Shown piece after piece: positions 13,510 through 26,696 of a DNA stretch of 64,000 nt. The stretch is from Azolla caroliniana (taxonomy: Eukaryota > Plantae > Polypodiophyta): assembly GCA_043228905.1 (NCBI GenBank), contig JBHGNT010000016.1:13950001-14014000 (forward strand), read 5' to 3'. How positions within the stretch are numbered: position 1 is the first letter of the stretch; the number at the start of each line of letters is the position of its first letter. A program made the translations under genes and the position numbers. A model generated the notes under the pieces. The model ran no database searches, was not told where the DNA came from, and saw only the letters and a list, made by a program, of their open reading frames with translations.

Positions 13510-15100
13510 TGTGACTTGAGAGTAGGTGAGAGAGAAAATAGAAAAAGATAATGAATCTCAAAGGTTGTCGGATTTTGAAGATGCTAAGCGATGGCTATGT
13601 ATTCCCCCAAATTATGGATTTATTTAGGAGAAATTACAAGATATACCATTGTTGTAAGGATCTTTGCCATTGAAAACAAATTTTTCACCTTGGTGGATTG
13701 ACGGTTACAAGATGGTACACACTTGTTATAGGTCACCACAAATATATTGTAACATCATGCGATGGCATCATTATCTTGGTTATCTCCTAAAGCAGCAAAG
13801 TTGTGGAATGGATGTAAGTCAAATGCAAGGTGGTGGAAAATATTACAACGTGGTTGGCATTCCCATCTACCATTCCGTGCAAAGGTATTCTTATGGAGAG
13901 TCATGATTGGTGGGCTCCCATTAGGTTCAGCCTTAAAGAGACGGGAACTAGGGTCTGACACTTATTTCTTTTGCACTAGTCCATTGGAGGATAGTACACA
14001 TAGGTTCATTAAATGTCCTATAATGTGTACCATTTGGAAGTACTTATCAGACATTTGGCAAGTTTTAACCCGTTGTTATTTGAGACATTAACAATGGGTT
14101 TTTTCTCAATATGTTCAAAATGGTTCAAATGATGAGATGGAGATATTGTTCCAAATTTACGTTATTGGGGTCTACAACACAATTGGAATATGTGTAATGC
14201 CTTCATGTTTGATAATAGACTTGGGGTGAAAACCTATATAAAGAAGCTGAAAGGTATTCTCATGTGGATTTTTTGGATGTTAGAGCATGTGGGGATCATT
14301 TCCTCAAATGCATATTTAGGTTTTTTAATAGTATTACAGAACGTCCCTCTCCCTACATAGGCATATGATAGGTAGAGGAGACTAAGAAGTGTTGTAACTA
14401 AGTGGATTTTACATACAATTAATATAATTGTGTGCACTTTTCCCAAAAAGAAAAAGAAAAAGGATGATGATAGAAGGTAGAGAGAGAGAGAGAGAGAGAG
14501 AGTGAGAGAAGATTGGAAACAAAAAGGAGCTTATATTATAAGAGAACAAGGCTTACAAAGAGTAGGTTAAATGAGTTCTGATTAATTAGTGGACACCTAT
14601 TTACAGGTCCTTATGGAGTATTCTAGAATGTTCTAGAGTATTTTAGATATTTACGATATTTAAGATAATCATGGAATATTCTAGAATACTCTAAATATCT
14701 TATAGTAATAAAAATATAGTTATTATAATTATGTATCCTATATACTACCATAATGGTTTAAGGTTTGACACGTATATCAATAGGTTGTGGGTTCAAATCT
14801 TTGTAAGCCAAAATGTGTGTAATCATGACATTATACCCCCCTTTTCGACCACGAGTTGTAAGACAGGACTTCGAACTTGGCTTATGGGGATATTTGTTGT
14901 GAAATGCAGCAACCACAACGGAGGCATTATCAAGATTCTCTACAAGCTCCCATGTTTGATCATTAAGTGTATAACCTAACCAGTCAAAAATAATATAGTT
15001 TGTTGCGGATGATCTTGGAGTTGAGAATGGCAACAACTTCATATTCAGAGCCATCTTTCGGATCATTCTAAATGGCTATATGCACAAGAGAGAATCCACC
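13510..15100 (-). mobile_element. Chromovirus (Ty3/Gypsy) 3' remnant: chromodomain, PPT and interrupted 3' LTR
   Basis: Chromodomain WLGYTLNDQTWELVENLDNASVVVAAFHNKYPHKP. The PPT gaaaagggggg is followed by TGTCATG at 14830. Probable LTR end GTCACA at 13510. Confidence 0.7.
13548..14448 (+). mobile_element. 5'-truncated LINE of the same family, inserted into a Gypsy LTR
   Basis: Reverse-complement match to 11765-12652 (KVFLWRVMIGGLPLGSALK, C..C...ED..H.F..C). Approximate TSD agaaaatagaaaaag (13533-13547) / agaaaaagaaaaag (14449-14462). Confidence 0.8.
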
Positions 15101-15499
15101 ATCGTTGAAGAAAACCACATGGGCACAACAAGGAGTGTGTCCTCAAATGACCAATTATTGTACACGAGGGCGGATCGGCCCCATGGTCATGCAAGGAGAT
15201 GTGGTTCAACACACACGAATGGAGGTAGAATAGAATATAAGAAAGTCGTCAGGGACCCTCCACAAGCAAGGGGAGTCAAGGTGTTCCCGGAAGCCGACAA
15301 GCAAACTCGACCGACTATTGGTATTGTGGCAAAAAGGGCCATTATAGGTAAAGCTAGAAAAAGAACATCAATTCGGACAAAGCCGAATTAGGTAGAGCCA
15401 ACATAGGAAATTGGCAACGATCGCACTATGCTGAGAATTTAGGGCATGTTGGAAACGACCTCACATTTATGATGAAGCACAAAGTTGATCGAATCGCAG

Positions 15500-15709
15500 T
15501 GGGCACCTTGAAGTGTGGTACATCAACTCCGATGCTTCTAATCATATGACGAATCATGAAGAATGGTTCTCCAATCTTGAGAAGTCGAAGTAGCTAGGAG
15601 TTCTAGAGATCGACAATGGCACCGTACACCCCATCGAGCACATTGGTGATGTCCCTTTGAACCATGTCAGCTAGAGAGGAATAATGTGAAATGTCCTACA
15701 TGTGCCGAC
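15500..15709 (+). mobile_element. Copia protease fragment
   Basis: SDASNHMT...HPIEHIGDV...NVLHVP with stops; similar to the 35780-35913 region. Confidence 0.6.
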
Positions 15710-16439
15710 TGTTAGATATGAAGTTGATGATGATGATGCAGAAGATGATTAAGAACCTATTAGTTAGTCTAGCAAATAAGTAGGGTAGCAGATAAAAAAC
15801 AAGATGATTACAGAGGGAGAGGGAGAGAGAGAAAGAGAAAGAGAGAGAACGTGTTCGTGTTCACAAGTGGAAGGATCATTCCACTTATAGATTCCTTTTA
15901 TAATCTTGCGTTTTTAGGAACTTGATACACTAGTATCACATGTTTTAAATAACATGTAAAATTTGCTAATTTTTTGAGATTTAACAAGTTTCAAAATGAT
16001 AATTTCTAAAATTGAATAGTTTTTCAATAAATGTTTAAATGTTGATGGTTTGCAGATATGAAATGTAGTTAACTTAAAGAAAATCACAACGGTTAACTCA
16101 AGGCACAAGTTAAGATTAATGGTCTCATCGTCTTGAGAAGATGTAGGTTCCAGAAGTGGAAGTTACATCTATTGTTAGACTTCAAAATGTTTTAAGTATA
16201 AGAAGTAACATTGTAATCCTTAATGCCATCATCTATAAATTTAGTGCCCATGAACATCCATAAATTCACAACTCAAGAAATGTATACAATATTCATAAAC
16301 AATTTTGATAAATCCCTAAATCCTAAAATGTAGATAATATTCATAAACTATCAAAACTACCAAACTTAGATTAAACATTAATATATCAATTTAAACATAT
16401 CACATAGTTATCAAGGTATCCACAATGCTCTCCTAAACG

Positions 16440-17335
16440 GAGTTTTCATCACAATTAACAATGTATCAAATTCATGTTCAAAGTTTTTTTCCCGGATTTA
16501 AAAAAACAAAAAAACAAAAAAATAAACAAATTGAACTTGAGTTGATGAAAAAACCAGATTTTTCACCACAATTCAGTACAATGTATCGAGTTCATGTTTA
16601 AAGTAAATTTTTTTAATTTTTTTAGATTTTTATTTTATTTTATCACTTCAACTTTTTTTGAAAAAGAAAAACCAAAAAGACCCAAAATAAATAGAAAAAA
16701 AACCAAAATTGTTTTTTTAAAAAAACCCCCAAAAAACTTTAAACATGAACTCGATACATTGTATCGAATTCATGTCAAAAAGTTAGCTTTTCGATACCAA
16801 CTCTTGAAAACTTTGTTTTTCAACACGAACTCGATACATTGTATCGAGTTCATGTTTTAAGCTTTTTTTTAAAATTTGTATCGAGTTCATGTTTAAAGTT
16901 TTTTTTTTAATTTTGATTTTTTTCTATTTATTTTGGGTCTTTTTGTTTTTAAAATAATAATAATTGAAATGATGAAAAAACCAGAGTTTTCATCACAAGT
17001 TGATATAATGTATCGAATTCATGTTTAAAGCTTTTTTTTCCAAAAAAAAATCAAAAAATTTGAAAGAAATTTGAAACAATTACTTTAAACATGAGCTCGA
17101 TACATTGTATTGAAGTGTGGTGAAAAATCTAGTTTTTTCATTAACTCAAGCTCAATTTTTTTATTTTTTTAAATAGGGGAAAAAGAACTTTGAACATGAA
17201 TTTGATACATTGTATGTAATTGAGATCAAAACTCTATTTTCTACATCAACTTGAATGTATGGAGTTCATGTTTAGAAATCTTCCTTTTTTTCAAATAAAA
17301 GAGGTTTAGTGTTTACATGAACTCGAATTGTACTA
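16440..17335. repeat. Nested fold-back palindrome built from about 12 copies of TGTATCGAGTTCATGTTTAAAG
   Basis: Motif copies occur on both strands. Arms 16440-16620/17065-17235 and 16630-16760/16878-16975 are reverse complements. Confidence 0.8.
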
Positions 17336-17907
17336 AAATCTCTGTTTTTACAAGAGAAAAAGATGTACTCGATATTGCAAAGAAGTACGTTGCACAACAA
17401 GACACCATATTAATTGTGTTGATGGTAATTGAACCTTGCGAATGCCATTTACATGGTCTATAAAATATTCACGTGGTTCTTAATCACCACTTCAAGCACT
17501 TAATGTTGATCTTCATAGTTTGGTTCATCTACAATAGAGAAACATTTATGTGGAACTAAGTATGACAACACGGGCATAACTCAGGTGACAAGGAAACTTG
17601 CAAGAACTAAAGGTGGGGATATTAATAGCGACACATGTAGATGGCCTTGACCTAGGGCACCAATTCTGCATTGCTAGAGTTTTGGACGTGGTGATGCATT
17701 AAACTTTTGTAATACATCTATCATTGGCATTAGTGAGGTGGATATCAATGTGTTTGAGGACGACAACGATAGACATAATAAAAGAGATATTACCAAGTCT
17801 AGAAGATATCTCAGATTGAAGGCGAACAAGATTTAGTGCACACAATTTGGAGACACCATTTGGTGAAGACAATGATTTGATTGGTACATTTGAAAACGAG
17901 GAAGAGT

Positions 17908-20900
17908 CACAATTGTATATTAGCAATAGTAGTGATTCTCGGGTCAATAATCATATTCTTGCCTTTTTTTGCAATTAGCCTAATCGGCCTTTCTCTTTGA
18001 AAGGCTAGTTGCTCAACTCTTACCATTCCGTGCTCTAGTTTGTAGTAGAATACCTCATTTGATTCTACTTTCATTCCCTTAATGCCAATTAAACAGTTCT
18101 TGGCATCTATAAGTTTTGTCCACGCAATTTCAGAGGTTGTTACTTCTTCCTCTTCCATGGTATTCTTGTAGCATGCGATGGCATCTGTAATTCTCTTGAG
18201 CATGCCTTTACCCCTACTTATTCTCCATATTCTAGCCTTTTGAGTGTCCACCTCATTGGAAAAAAACCTCTCCCACTCCACTAATGCATTCCCTTGGGCA
18301 TTGATTAACTCAGCCTTGAAACCTGCTTTTTGGCCTATCATCAGCCCATCCATATCTCTAATCAATGGGTTCCATACAATTGGCATGTACATCCGCGCAT
18401 ATGCATCATTTCTCCACCTACATGTGATCCCCTTTCTGATTTCTTGCCATGCTTTCATAATTCCAATAACACAACGACTCTGCATACTTCCCCAATATTT
18501 GGGTCTCATTTATGGCACAAAGCCCCAAAATGGGCTGCTTGACCAACATCCACCTTCTCTTGGCAACCACATCTTCCATCTACGTCGCCATAGAATTTTC
18601 CAAGGTGCCTCAAGAGGTTGTAGGCTCCTTACCACTAGTTTTCCTAGCACGACCTTCGTTTGCACCATGGGATCTATCAATCCCACCCCCCCTTCACTTT
18701 TCCTTTTTATAAGCGTGGTCCAAGCAACCTTTGCACATGCCTGTTTTTCCTCTGTGCCCCCCCATAAGAAATTTCTGATAATCCTTTTTATCAATTGCAT
18801 CGACTTGGGCACGATTATCCAACATGCAGCAGTATGACAAATAGTGGCCATTAGAATCTGATTTGCAATCACAATCTTGCCCGCAAAGGATAGTTTTCTT
18901 GCATTCCACCATATTAACTTCACTTTTATTTTGTCCACTAGTAGATTGTAATGTTCTGCTCGATCGATGTCCATACCAATTTTGAAGCCCAAGTATCTAG
19001 TAGCTTCTCCTTTCCTCACCCATCTAAATTTGGGGTAGGGGACCCAATTTAACATGGGCTTATTACTGATCCAAATGCCCACAAATTTATTCCAATTTAT
19101 TTTAGCATCTGATCCCCTACAAAACTCATCAATTGCAATTTGCAATTTGCCCAAGTTGTGTGCATCACCTTTGACATAGGTCATTGTGTCATCAACATAT
19201 GCCGTATCAAGCACCATACCTTCATCATCGAGCAAGGTAAGGCCTTGTATTTGCCAAGACCAATCAACAATTTGACGTATAATGCAAAGTTTCTGCTGCA
19301 ATGGTGTATAAGTATGGGGCCAATGGGCATCCTTGGCATACTGAACGTAGCATCTTAAAGCTCTTCCCCATACTTCCAGCCATTAACACTTGGTTGGATG
19401 CACCTCTGTAAAAGGCACTCATTCCAAGGATCCATTGTTGTTCAAAGCCTAGGGCTGTCATCACTGCTTCTAGGAAATCCCATGAAATCTTGTCATAAGC
19501 TTTTTCGAAGTCGAGTAGCATTATTGCTAGGTCCACTTCTTGCTCCTCCACCCATGTTGAGTATTCCCAGAATGTTATCACATTGTCAACAATGCTCCGG
19601 TTTTCTAGGAAGCCAGTTTGTGTTGTATGTATAATGTCCCCAAGAACCATTTTCAATCTCTTACTTACGACTTTGGCCATTATCTTATATGCATTGGTGA
19701 GAATCGTCAATGGTCGCCAATTATCAAGCGTTGTTAGGTCTTTACCAACCTTGGGTATTAAATAAATCATGCCTCTACACATTGTTGTGGGCATTAATCC
19801 TTCTACCATAATGTATTGCATCCCTACAAGCATGTCATCCTTAATTAGATCCCAATATTGGATGTAAAAGTAAATAGGAAGTCCATCAATTCATGCACAA
19901 CTTTGTTTGTTCATATCCCCAATAGCATCCCACAATTCATGCATACCTATAGGGGTATTTAGTCGGTCCATCATCTGAGTTATAACTTTCCTTGGTATTC
20001 TATTTATTATATTTTTGAAGGCAACCTGATCAATCAGTTCCTCATTGCATACACTTAGTAGTTGAGTATAATAGCTTGTGGCTATTTCAAGCATTTCCTC
20101 TTTGCATGTGGTCATTGTGCCATCTATCTTTTTTAAGCATGAAGGTTGAATCCTGGATCCTTTGCATTTAACAACTTCAAAAAATCCTTTAGTAACCCGA
20201 TCTCCTACCATCATCCAGCTTGCTGCCTTACTTTGATAGGCATAGGTACTCCTAAGTTTTTGGTACATCTCTAATTTGCTTTTGGCCTCCTCTAGTCGAG
20301 CCTCAATCCATAAATTATGTGGGTTTAGGGTTTAGAAGCGAGTGACCATTGCATTCTCTGCATTTTCTCCCTTATCTCTTTTCTAATTTCAATTGCTTTA
20401 TGTTGAAAAAAACTTGCACATGCCTCAAGTTTCCTAGCCAGCCTATGAGCAGGGTCGAGGTACCTCCATTTGATATTAGACCATATTTTCTGTATATCAT
20501 AGGTCCATTTAGTATCCATAACCAATTGCGACAGTGTGTTGGCCTATACAAGGGCATTTGGATTAGTTATCATGGGACCCAACGATGTATTGTTGGAGAA
20601 CTCAAGGATGAACTGATGGGGAAAAGCTGGTTCAATTTTTCAGGTATAACATGAAGATTGGGAGGCAAATTATTCTAGAACAAGAACACGACAAGATTGC
20701 AACAAGGAAATTTTGGATACAGGAGGGTATTAGTGAAATGAGACTAGATAAATTCTGGAAAATGATATGGCATGACAGTTATGATCGCAAGATAATGATG
20801 TGTTTATGGCTTATTGCACATAGAGCCTTGCCGGTAGGGACGTGGGGTAAAGGCCCCAATGTAGACCCTAGATGTATTGCCTATGGACAGATAGAAAGAA

Positions 20901-21645
20901 TTTCCCATTGTCTATGGCAATGTTGCGAGGTAGTGGATGTATGGGGAAGGGCACTACGTTTGCTTTGCCATGCCTCTAGTTCGTTCACCCTCAACTGGGG
21001 GCATGCTTACTGGATTTGTCTTGAGGATGACGTGGCGAAATACGATGGCACATGCAATGCTAAGTACAGAGGGGAGAATGGCATTGTGCGGCTGATCACT
21101 GACAACAGGGTACCTACAACTTGTGCACAGAATCAAAAACTTGGAGATTTTTGGATGTTGCTTGCTCCCATTACTATATGGTATATATGGACAAGAAGGT
21201 GTACCAGGGTATTTTCAGCACACAAACACCCCCCAACTGAATCGATTAAGCTAATATGGCACGCATTAATAACTATACTAAGAGCTCAATATGAGAAGAT
21301 TGATGGTACTAATGATGTTGCAGAACTAATGAGGCTGAATTTTCGAAAGCGATGGTGTACTACACCGATGGCCATAACAAATGGAATGGATATACCATGG
21401 AAGTATGTACCCAAATGGTTGTTCCCCCCTCCCATTAGATGAACGAGGGGCGTGAAAGACATGGCATGTGGGATAGTGAATGTAGGTGATGTGCATGAAA
21501 GGGTTGCTAGAGCCATATGTGAAAGTGTAAGATAAATAAGCAAGATCTCTTGTGTAGGATAGGATAGTCTTGGCCTGGCCTTCCCGAGAAAGGGATCGAG
21601 TTTGTGTATATTTTAACTAAAGGAGTATATTCTTTTTTGGAAAAA
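17908..21645. mobile_element. LINE (L1-like) with 5' inversion: RT part on minus (17908-20540), zf-RVT and 3' end on plus (20540-21645)
   Basis: Minus: NWRPLTIL, LDFEKAYD, QGCPLAPYLY, AYVDDT, TRYLG. Plus: LSWDP, LWLIAHRALPVG, ERISHCLWQC, WKYVPKWLFPPP, and an A-rich tail. Confidence 0.9.
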
Positions 21646-24600
21646 AGAAGAAGAAGAAGCAGTGATTCTCATGAAAGGAATGATGATAGTGATGCAAATA
21701 ACTCCTAAATGTATTTTTTGTGCAACGATATGTAACAAATTTAGACAACATTTTATCGAATGAAATAAAAAAGTTGATTGTTTTGAAATCTTTCGCTTAT
21801 GATTTCGTTATGAAATCTTTTGCTTATGATTTCGTTAGGATCTAAAATACTACTAGTTGTAATTTATTCTTAAAATACACAAAGTTACTTTTTGTATTTG
21901 GCCAAAATTTGGCAATTTTCAATTTTATCAAATGGTGAAAATTTTAGCTTTTTCATTAAGTTTTCGAGAACATGTGATACAGGTATCAAGGTGTTTTGGG
22001 AAATGGCAAAAAAAGCCCCAAAATCAGATGGAATATTCCTTATCCTTCCATTTGCGTGCTATCCTTCCACTTGTGAATGCGAATGTGTTAGAGAGAGAGA
22101 GAGAGAGAGAAGAATGTGCTCAAAGAGGACTATCTTTCATTAACCCACTCACCCCTTTACGAGAACAATTACCTACTTATATAGTTAGGTTAACTGTGTT
22201 CACACTAGAGATAAAAAGTGGGCATTGTGGGACTTTTATCCCAACAAACTCCCCTGTAAAAGGATCACTTTGTTTTACATACAATGTGATGGGGTTATCT
22301 CCCCTGTAAGCTCAAATACATCTTAAACTTAATCAACTATATGTATGTTACAAGACGATCGGCTGGTAGCCAAATCGGCAGAGGTAGAGTCAGAGTTAGT
22401 TGATCAACTGGTGTTTGACTCGGCACATGATCGATTCAGCTTTTGCCCTCTAGGCCGTTGGTTTTTCACGCACTCAACTACATCTATAGCCCTCAGGCTA
22501 TCCGGTTCCTTTGACTTTGTCATTTCGACTTTTCTGGCCTTGCCATTCTTTGACTTACCTTCTGCTTCTCTTTGCTCGCTTGCTTGTTGTAATCCCATAT
22601 GTCCTCTTAGTGTGTTGAAGCATTGATCTCGGAGAGGCTTGGTCAGGTTGTCGGCGATGTTCACCTTGGTATCCACCTTCTGAACTTCGAGTTTCTTGTC
22701 AGTGACAAGCTCACGAATATGATGGTATTGCACGTCAAAATGCTTTGTCTTGGCATGGTATACCAGATTATGGATGAGGTGTATTGCGCTCTGTGATTCG
22801 CAATGGAGGGTTGGCGTCGGATGGTCGATTCGGCCTTTAGCCGAAAAATCAACTGACAGTTGGTGCAACCAGATGGCTTCCTTGATTGCTTCCGATGTGG
22901 CTATATACTCAGCCTCTATTGCCGAGAGTATCATGTAGTCTTGTAACTTCAACCTCCATGATATGTGTTACGGGCATGACCATTTAATATCCCGTGGTGA
23001 GAATTTACCGTAGTATTCTATACACGTGGATAAGTGTGAGGGTTAAATGAGAGTGTAAAGAAGGGGAGGATTACTTTTAAATCCTCGGGATTGAGACAAC
23101 CCATTAGGTCAAGTGTGAACTTGCCTGGGGGCCTTGGGTATTGCTATAAATAAGAGGCCTAGCTATCCTCATTTCATCATCTTTTGACTACATCGAGACT
23201 CTGCTCTTGTGGTGGGTCAACTCTTGTAGCGAGCGCGCCAGCACCAGGTACGACTCGACGCCATGGCGGTGGTATGGGACGCCGATTGAGGCTCAAGTCC
23301 GTCTCGATCCCTTCGCTCGGGGGTGGTCGGGTGGATCAACACCCTTCTTTCTCTTTCTCCTTTCTATCTATCATTTGTTTATCCTTATCTTAAGCTTACT
23401 TTAGTACCTAGATCCCTAATATTTGGTATCAGATTTATGTACTAATATTTCTTTGTTTTTCTTTTGTCTTTTGATTGATGGTGATCGATCAATGTGCGGT
23501 CGGCCTTGATCCAGACAACGATCAACAAAGAACTTCGGTAACTCTTTCCGTAATAAATTTTTTTTTTCTATTCTCTCTTCTCCCATCTAATCATGTGTTT
23601 AGTTTATATGTCAATTTTTTTCATTAAGTCAATGATGTTGTGGTCTTTAATTGATTATCTAAAACATTTACATATGTGCACGAGGTCAATACCTCGTTTG
23701 ACATATAAATAATATGTGATGAGTGTCGTATGCATACGAGGTTAATACCTCAATTACTTATTACGTTCACGAACATATGTTACGTTTGCATATGAGTTTA
23801 ATACCTTGATTTGTTGTAAAGGATATGCGTTTGGTCTCGTATGTGTAATAGGTCGATACCTCAATTGTTTATTACGATGATCTCTTATTTGTGGATGTTT
23901 CGTGTGCGTAGAGGTATATACCTCGATTACGTATCTCGATCACATCATTTGTGGCTATTTAATATAACGATATGTTTAATATAGGCATATGTGGTCACAT
24001 ATATACGTATTTGATCGTATATATGTGATAAGTAAACATATATGTATATTCGTTATTACGTGATTATATCGAAAGTTGTCCTTGTCGGGAAAAGGATGTT
24101 GGTGGCCGTCCTCACATTTTTGTGAGAATGACGTTGTCACCATCCCTTTTTCAACAATTTTTTATTGTTGACAACCCCGTTGATGACCTCGATTTCGTTA
24201 CGTAAAGAAATGCCAATAGCCATAATGATGTTGAGTACGTAGGGCTTGACCCACTTCAAGTGAGGTCGCTCCAATGACACACGTATCCAACATCCCTCCC
24301 TCGTTACATGGATACGATGCTACCATGAGCTCGTTCTTACGAGAGGCATTCGTAATGACGTGACCATGTGATGGGCCACGTGAGTCTACTATGAAACGAG
24401 GGCTCATTTGGCTTGACCATTAGGTTGCACTTTGGCGTATGCCATCGTAATTACGAGACTTGAGGTTAGGTAACGTACCAACATAGTTTTCGTAAATGAG
24501 GGCGAAATAAGGACCCTTCACATATATGTTCTTTTAAAAGAAACACATATGATCAAATGCCTCGCATATCTCTTATACGCATCAAACATTAAGCATTTGA

Positions 24601-25842
24601 GAAGAGCAACTTACTTGGTTGGCTCAAGTGTTTAATGTATTTGTTCTCGAGTTCTCGAGTGCAAATATGACCAAGACCATACAACATCCTTGATACATAT
24701 GACTATAACACATGTTTAGACTTAAGGTCCAAGTGCACCTCGGGGTCCTCGTAATAGGACTTAAAGAGTCGAAACCACATATGTGGGCACCGAAACATAG
24801 TTTATTGTTAACATTTTTTTCGTGTATAAACTATTCATGACGCGAACATACATGGTTGAGCATCGGGGAGCCACCATGAAAAAATCGATATAGAGATCAG
24901 GGAAAGACATTTATTTGTCACCCCCATGGTTTTTAAAACACCTCTGTGTTACCATAGTAACCTGATCTTGAACATCATCTCATACGTCTAGAGGGGTATT
25001 GACGTGAGATCATGATATCGATTAATGTTTGCCCATGATATGTTTACATCACGACATGATGTTATGACTATCTCTCTGACCTTATCCTATTTCTTTTCCA
25101 GAAATAATCTTTAATGGCTCAAATTAACGACCCGATGTCATCCGCTCAAGTGGAAGGAACTCAAGGGAATCCTCCTGGACAAATGTCCATTGAGATGTAT
25201 TTGGCACAAATAACCCAATACCTTAGTTTCACCGCTCAACAGATGACCGAACTTCGGCAATCTCAGAGTGCTCTTGCTTATATTAAACATATCGTTATTT
25301 TAAATAGCCACAAATGATGTGATCGAGATACGTAATCGAGGTATATACCTCTACGCACACGAAACATCCACAAATAAGAGATCATCGTAATACGCAATTG
25401 AGGTATCGACCTCTTACGCATACGAGACCAAACACATATCCTTTACAAAAAATCAAGGTATTAAACTCATACGCAAACGTAACATATGTTCGTGAACGTA
25501 ATACGTAATTGAGGTATTAACCTCGTACGCATACGACACTCATCACATATTATTTATATGTCAAACGAGGTATTGACCTCATGCACATATGTAAACGTTT
25601 TGATAAACAATTAAAGACCACTACAACATCATTGACTTAATGAAAAAAATTGACATATAAACTAAACACATGATTAGATGAGAGAAGAGAGAATAGAAAA
25701 AAAAAAAATATTACGGAAAGAGTTACCGAAGTTCTTTGTTGATCGTTGTCTGGATCAAGGCCGACCGCACATCGATCGATCACCATCAATCAAAAGACAA
25801 AAGAAAAACAAAGAAACATTAGTACATAAATCTGATACCAAA

Positions 25843-26696
25843 TATTAGAGATCTAGGTACTAAAGTAAGATTAAGATAAGGATAAACAAATGATAGATAG
25901 AAAGGAGAAAGAGAAAGAAGGGTGCCGATCCACCTGACCATCCCCGAACGAAGGGATCGAGACGGACTCGAGCCTCGTTCGGCGTCCCATACCACCGCCG
26001 TGTCGTCGAGTCGTACCTGGTGCTGGCGCGCTCGCTACAAGAGTTGACCCACCACAAGAGCAGAGTCTCGATGTAGTCAAAAGATAGTCAAATGAGGGTA
26101 GCTAGGCCTCTTATTTATAGTGATACCCAAGGCCCCCAGGTAAGTTCACACTTGGCCTAATGGGTTGTCTCAATCCTGAGGATTTTAAAGTAATCCTCCC
26201 CTTCTTTACACTCTCGTTTAACCCTCACACTTATCCACGTGTATAGAATACTACGGTAAATTCTCACCACGGGATATTATATGGTCATGCCCGTAACAAG
26301 CTAGGCCTCTTATTTATAGCGATACCCAAGGCCCCCAGGCAAGTTCACACTTGGCCTAATGGGTTGTCTCAATCCCGAGGATTTACAAGTAATCCTCCCC
26401 TTCTTTACACTCTCGTTTAACCCTCACACTTATCCACGTGTATAGAATACTACGGTAAATTCTCACCACGGGATATTATATGGTCATGCCCATAACAAGC
26501 TAGGCCTCTTATTTATAGCGATACCCAAGGCCCCCAGGCAAGTTCACACTTGGCCTAATGGGTTGTCTCAATCCCGAGGATTTACAAGTAATCCTCCCCT
26601 TCTTTACACTCTCGTTTAACCCTCACACTTATCCACATGTATAGAATACTACGGTAAATTCTCACCACGGGATATTATATGGTCATGCCTGTAACA
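25843..26696 (-). repeat. Third, inverted LTR with a triplicated 199-bp U3 segment
   Basis: Full LTR at 25843-26298. Units at 26100-26298, 26299-26497 and 26498-26696. Flanked by the inverted PBS (25831-25840) and PPT (about 26699-26710). Confidence 0.9.

Larger units (their letters stand above)
15848..22089. mobile_element. Putative TIR DNA transposon (superfamily unassigned) inserted into a GA microsatellite
   Basis: Left end aacgtgttcgtgttcacaagtggaaggat versus reverse complement of right end aacacattcgcattcacaagtggaaggat; the differences fit CpG decay. Both ends share subterminal cttgatac..gtatcacatgtt. Confidence 0.6.
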
